A stretch of 28,815 nucleotides of DNA from a virus (taxonomy: Duplodnaviria; Heunggongvirae; Uroviricota; Caudoviricetes): the IMG/VR virus record IMGVR_UViG_3300033068_001142, positions 176,262 to 205,076 of that record, one strand, 5' to 3'. The position numbers and the translations under genes were made by a program. The notes beneath the pieces are model-generated. The model saw nothing but the letters and a program-made list of their open reading frames with translations. It searched no databases and was not told where the DNA came from. Positions 25,358 through 28,815 of this stretch are shown in pieces. The stretch's first letter is position 1; each line of letters starts with the position of its first letter.

Positions 25358-26922
25358 TGGAAGAGAAGTATATACCTAAGAAAGAGAGTCTTGAGTTCAT
25401 TGCTTTCATCAGAGCTTGCGCAGTTGAAGATAATGCTAATGCTGAGATTCACTATAGACTAGCTGACAAGTACTTTGGTAAGGATAAACAAGTATTAATT
25501 GAGTCATTTAGGGGTAGTGCTAAATCTACATTAATGGAATGGTATATCTTATATATTGCAGTTAAAGGTGGGCTAGAAGGGTTTGGTAAAGTAAACTTCA
25601 TAGCATTTATTGGGGACTCTATGGAGAATGGAGTTAAGAATATGTTTAGGAACTTAGTTGGTAAGATAGATAAGAGCCCACTACTGCAACAATTCTTGAC
25701 TATTGTTAGAAAGACTGATAATGAAATGGAATTAAAAAATATTAATGGTATCCAATTAGATTTAAAAGGGTATGGAGCTAGTACTAATATTAGGGGGGTT
25801 AGGTATAGGGGACATAGACCTGATATAATTATCCTAGATGATATTACAACAAATGAAGCTAAGAATTCTGAAGCTATTCAGAATACTATCAACGATAATT
25901 TCTATAAATCAGTTATCCCAGCATTGCACCCAACTAGGTATAAGATATTCTTTATTGGTACACCTATTAGTGAGAAAGATATCATTCACCAGTTAAGTAC
26001 AAATCCTGAATGGGTAGTACATAAGTTTCCAATATGTGATAGATTTCCTTGTTCAAAAGAAGATTTCAAAGGAGCATGGGAGGATAGATTCCCGTATGAA
26101 GCTGTTAAAGCTAAGTTTGATATGCTTGCTGCAGCAGGTAAAACACAAGACTTTTATCAAGAGTACATGCTAGAGATTACGGACTTAAGTACATTATTAG
26201 TTGATGAAGATGATATAATGTGGTTTGATTACCCTAGTATTGTTAAACATAAAAGTTATTATAATATTTATATTAGTACAGACTTCGCAACTAGTAGTAA
26301 GAAAAGTGCTGACTTTAGTACAATTGGTGTATGGGCTATTAGTAATAATAATGACTGGTTACTAGTTGATGGTCAGTGTATCAGACAAAGTATGCAAGAG
26401 AATATTGAAGATTTATTTAGGTATGTTAGGAAGTGGAAGCCGTTGAGTGTTGGTATCGAGAGTAGTGGGCAACAAGGTGGTTTCCTCAGTATTATTGAGG
26501 AAATGAAACAACAAAGAAATGTGTGGTTCCAATTTGCGAAGAAACCAGGCAGTAAAGAGCCTGGAATAAGACCAACTAAAGATAAAGTGCATAGGTTTGT
26601 TACTGGTGTACAACCTAAGTTTAAACAGAATAAAGTGTGGTTTCCTAGACCTGAGACTATTAAAGGAAGTAATTATAGGCTGTTTGAATTAGTTAGTGAG
26701 ATGTGTGCTGAGTTAAGTAAGTTTACTATGAGTGGTGGAGTTAAGACGTTGAAGCATGATGATGCTATTGACTTATTAAACCAATTAAGTGAGATGGAGA
26801 TTTACACACCTAGTGATGAATTAGTTGTAGAACAGAGTGTGGTTAAAGATGAAATGATTTGGACAGGGATGGCTGATGATATGGATGACTTGAATGACTA
26901 TGTTGGAAGTACTATATTTTAA
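25357..26922 (+). CDS. terL: Terminase large subunit (N4 gp68-like)
   Basis: FRGSAKST Walker A variant, IILDD Walker B, FIGTP, FYQEY, STDFA and HDDAID nuclease motifs. Confidence 0.92.
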   Translation: MEEKYIPKKESLEFIAFIRACAVEDNANAEIHYRLADKYFGKDKQVLIESFRGSAKSTLMEWYILYIAVKGGLEGFGKVNFIAFIGDSMENGVKNMFRNLVGKIDKSPLLQQFLTIVRKTDNEMELKNINGIQLDLKGYGASTNIRGVRYRGHRPDIIILDDITTNEAKNSEAIQNTINDNFYKSVIPALHPTRYKIFFIGTPISEKDIIHQLSTNPEWVVHKFPICDRFPCSKEDFKGAWEDRFPYEAVKAKFDMLAAAGKTQDFYQEYMLEITDLSTLLVDEDDIMWFDYPSIVKHKSYYNIYISTDFATSSKKSADFSTIGVWAISNNNDWLLVDGQCIRQSMQENIEDLFRYVRKWKPLSVGIESSGQQGGFLSIIEEMKQQRNVWFQFAKKPGSKEPGIRPTKDKVHRFVTGVQPKFKQNKVWFPRPETIKGSNYRLFELVSEMCAELSKFTMSGGVKTLKHDDAIDLLNQLSEMEIYTPSDELVVEQSVVKDEMIWTGMADDMDDLNDYVGSTIF

Positions 26923-26951
26923 GGATGTTTGAAGGTAGAATATGCTAGAAT
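26920..26951 (+). promoter_or_regulatory. Putative late promoter (extended -10)
   Basis: TAAG...TGAAG periodic motif, TGCTAGAAT. Confidence 0.4.
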
Positions 26952-26983
26952 AGGGTAGATTAAGATAACTGTGAGGAGAAGAA

Positions 26984-27598
26984 ATGACAGTTGGTCAAAT
27001 AATAGATTTAGCAAAAAATGGTGAAATAAATGGACTTAAAGTAGGTGATAAGCCTGAAGTACTAGTTGGGTATATGAACTTAGGGGTACTAGAGTTATAT
27101 AAACGATTCCAATTAAAAGTAGAAGAACATATTATAAACTTAGAGGATACAGTAGATATTTACACAATGCCTAATGATTTTATGTGGATGATTGCTGCAT
27201 ATGGTGAAGTACCTGTTGATTCAGTAGAAAGTGTGAATATTCTGCCTATCAATGAAGAAGATAACCCACTAAGTATTAATACGGTTGGATGGAATAAGGT
27301 TCAAGTTCCAGTTAGTGTAGTAGGCGCTCATATTAGTATTATATATGTAGCAAGGCCTGATATGTATTCTGTAACGAATTTAGATGAAGAGGTTAGTTTA
27401 CCTGCTCAAATGATTGAAGCATTACTATCTTATATTGGGTATAGAGCTAATAGTGCTATAGATACTGGAGTACAGACTGAGGATAGTGTTTATTATCAAA
27501 GGTTTGAGGCTAGTTGTGAGAAGTTGAGACAGTATGGGATGTCTAATGGTGATGACATGTATATGAATAAAAGATTAGCGACGAGAGGATTTGTATAA
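26984..27598 (+). CDS. Virion head-tail adaptor-like protein (N4 gp67-like position)
   Basis: Follows TerL; N.G..ELYKRF...LP....EALL.YI.YR...Y..RFE..C pattern. Confidence 0.6.
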   Translation: MTVGQIIDLAKNGEINGLKVGDKPEVLVGYMNLGVLELYKRFQLKVEEHIINLEDTVDIYTMPNDFMWMIAAYGEVPVDSVESVNILPINEEDNPLSINTVGWNKVQVPVSVVGAHISIIYVARPDMYSVTNLDEEVSLPAQMIEALLSYIGYRANSAIDTGVQTEDSVYYQRFEASCEKLRQYGMSNGDDMYMNKRLATRGFV

Positions 27599-28815
27599 TG
27601 GTAAGAGCTAGTAGTTTACAAGCATTAAATACGTTATCAGTTAATAGAGAGATTGATAGTAAGTATGATGCTGTATTAGCAGTTAGAGATAAACTAACTG
27701 AAATAGAAATTGTTGCTGGTATAGATATTGAAGCTTTATTAGCTGAGTTAGAAGCAGCACAAGATTTCACAGGAATAACAGTTGTAGCTGGGAATCATAC
27801 TAGTTGGGATCCTGTTAATAAGGTTATAACTGTTGAGTCTGTTAAAGGTGATAAAGGAGATACTGGGGCACAAGGTCCACAAGGTATTCAAGGGTTATCG
27901 ATAGTTGGACCTAAGGGAGATCAAGGAGCAACTGGGCCTAAAGGGGACATGGGTGCTCAAGGACCTAGAGGACTTACTGGGGATACTGGACCTGTTGGTC
28001 CTGCTGGTGTGGATGGTGAGAACCTTACTGTTGAACAGATAAGTTACAATGGAGATGGAACGTTTACTTGGCAGTTTAGTGATGGAACTAGTTATACTAC
28101 TCCAAATCTAATGGGACCTAAAGGAGATACTGGCTTACCTGGTACTAAAGGTGATACTGGAGTTGGAGTACATCATATTAAGGGAACTAGCACAACGAAT
28201 CCTAATGGTGACTTTGGAACTTCTCCGTTTAGAGATACTTACACAGTATATGGTGATGCATCTGAAACTATTAACTTGGGACATTTTGTTGTTGCTAATG
28301 GTGTTAGTGATGGTATGAGTATGGAGGTTTATGATACTAATGGGAATGGAATAGTTGACAATAGTGAAAGATTAGGTGGAGAGTTGCCAAATCATTATGT
28401 AAATGTATCAACTAATCAAACAATAGCAGGTGCTAAAACATTTACTAATAGTGTTGCTGTTAGTACAATTAGTATAGGCGGACATGAAGTTAGTTGGAAT
28501 AACGATGAAAGTACGTTAGATGTTAGCTTGAATGGTGCTACACTACAAGTTGGACAAGAGCAACTAATTCGAGTTACTAACCACAGTGGTGTTGTTATAA
28601 ATAATGGAATGGCGGTAATGGCCACTGGTACACTAGGTAATAGTGGAAGAATAACAGTAGCTAAAGCAAACTTAACACAAAGTAATGCTAAGTATATACT
28701 AGGAGTAGTTACGGAAACAATTACTAGTGGAGCTGATGGGTTTGTAACTGCGTTTGGTAAAGTTAGAGGGGTTCAGACAAATGGAGCTCAGTACGGAGAG
28801 ACTTGGTTAGACGGT
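27598..28815 (+). CDS. Tail fibre protein with collagen-like repeats, 3' truncated by the window
   Basis: MVRASSLQ...; Gly-X-Y tract KGDKGDTGAQGPQGIQG...GPVGPAGVDG; TNQTIAGAKTF fibre motif; open to the end. Confidence 0.85.
   Translation, partial: MVRASSLQALNTLSVNREIDSKYDAVLAVRDKLTEIEIVAGIDIEALLAELEAAQDFTGITVVAGNHTSWDPVNKVITVESVKGDKGDTGAQGPQGIQGLSIVGPKGDQGATGPKGDMGAQGPRGLTGDTGPVGPAGVDGENLTVEQISYNGDGTFTWQFSDGTSYTTPNLMGPKGDTGLPGTKGDTGVGVHHIKGTSTTNPNGDFGTSPFRDTYTVYGDASETINLGHFVVANGVSDGMSMEVYDTNGNGIVDNSERLGGELPNHYVNVSTNQTIAGAKTFTNSVAVSTISIGGHEVSWNNDESTLDVSLNGATLQVGQEQLIRVTNHSGVVINNGMAVMATGTLGNSGRITVAKANLTQSNAKYILGVVTETITSGADGFVTAFGKVRGVQTNGAQYGETWLDG

Noticed and set aside
25237-28625. Minus-strand ORFs at 25237, 26413, 27543, 28416
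   Set aside because: Antisense to terminase, adaptor and tail fibre genes.
1-28815. Alternative genetic code
   Set aside because: Conserved genes are full length under code 11 and coding density is high; the gaps are explained by structured RNAs.

Overview
AT-rich lytic phage genome segment with N4-like (Schitoviridae-related) organisation. Genes at about 1-22.4 kb run leftward (early/middle) and genes from about 22.7 kb run rightward (RHH protein, ParB-like protein, N4 gp69-like protein, terminase large subunit, gp67-like protein, collagen-repeat tail fibre). The divergence point is probably the junction of the genome ends. The left arm encodes an unsplit T7-superfamily RNA polymerase, AAA ATPase, HNH nuclease, SLT-like enzyme, ThyX, TAXI solute-binding protein, TerD, a TerC-like DUF475 protein and a DUF2828 (Ro60/TROVE-related) protein that runs off the window edge. 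The host is probably Campylobacterota (inferred from a lipoprotein and promoter style). The most striking content lies in three ORF-poor blocks (about 650-1650, 4100-4800, 7950-8900) packed with minus-strand structured RNAs. These include about 8 RNAs sharing a helix followed by CAGCA(A/C) that display tRNA anticodon loops or tRNA-like modules, a mimic of the 23S rRNA L11-binding domain with a large insertion, and a permuted tRNA-like element. Only one canonical tRNA (Met) is present. The proposed undescribed system is a phage Ro60-like protein plus an array of tRNA/rRNA-mimic decoy RNAs. All calls come from manual reading; no database searches were run.
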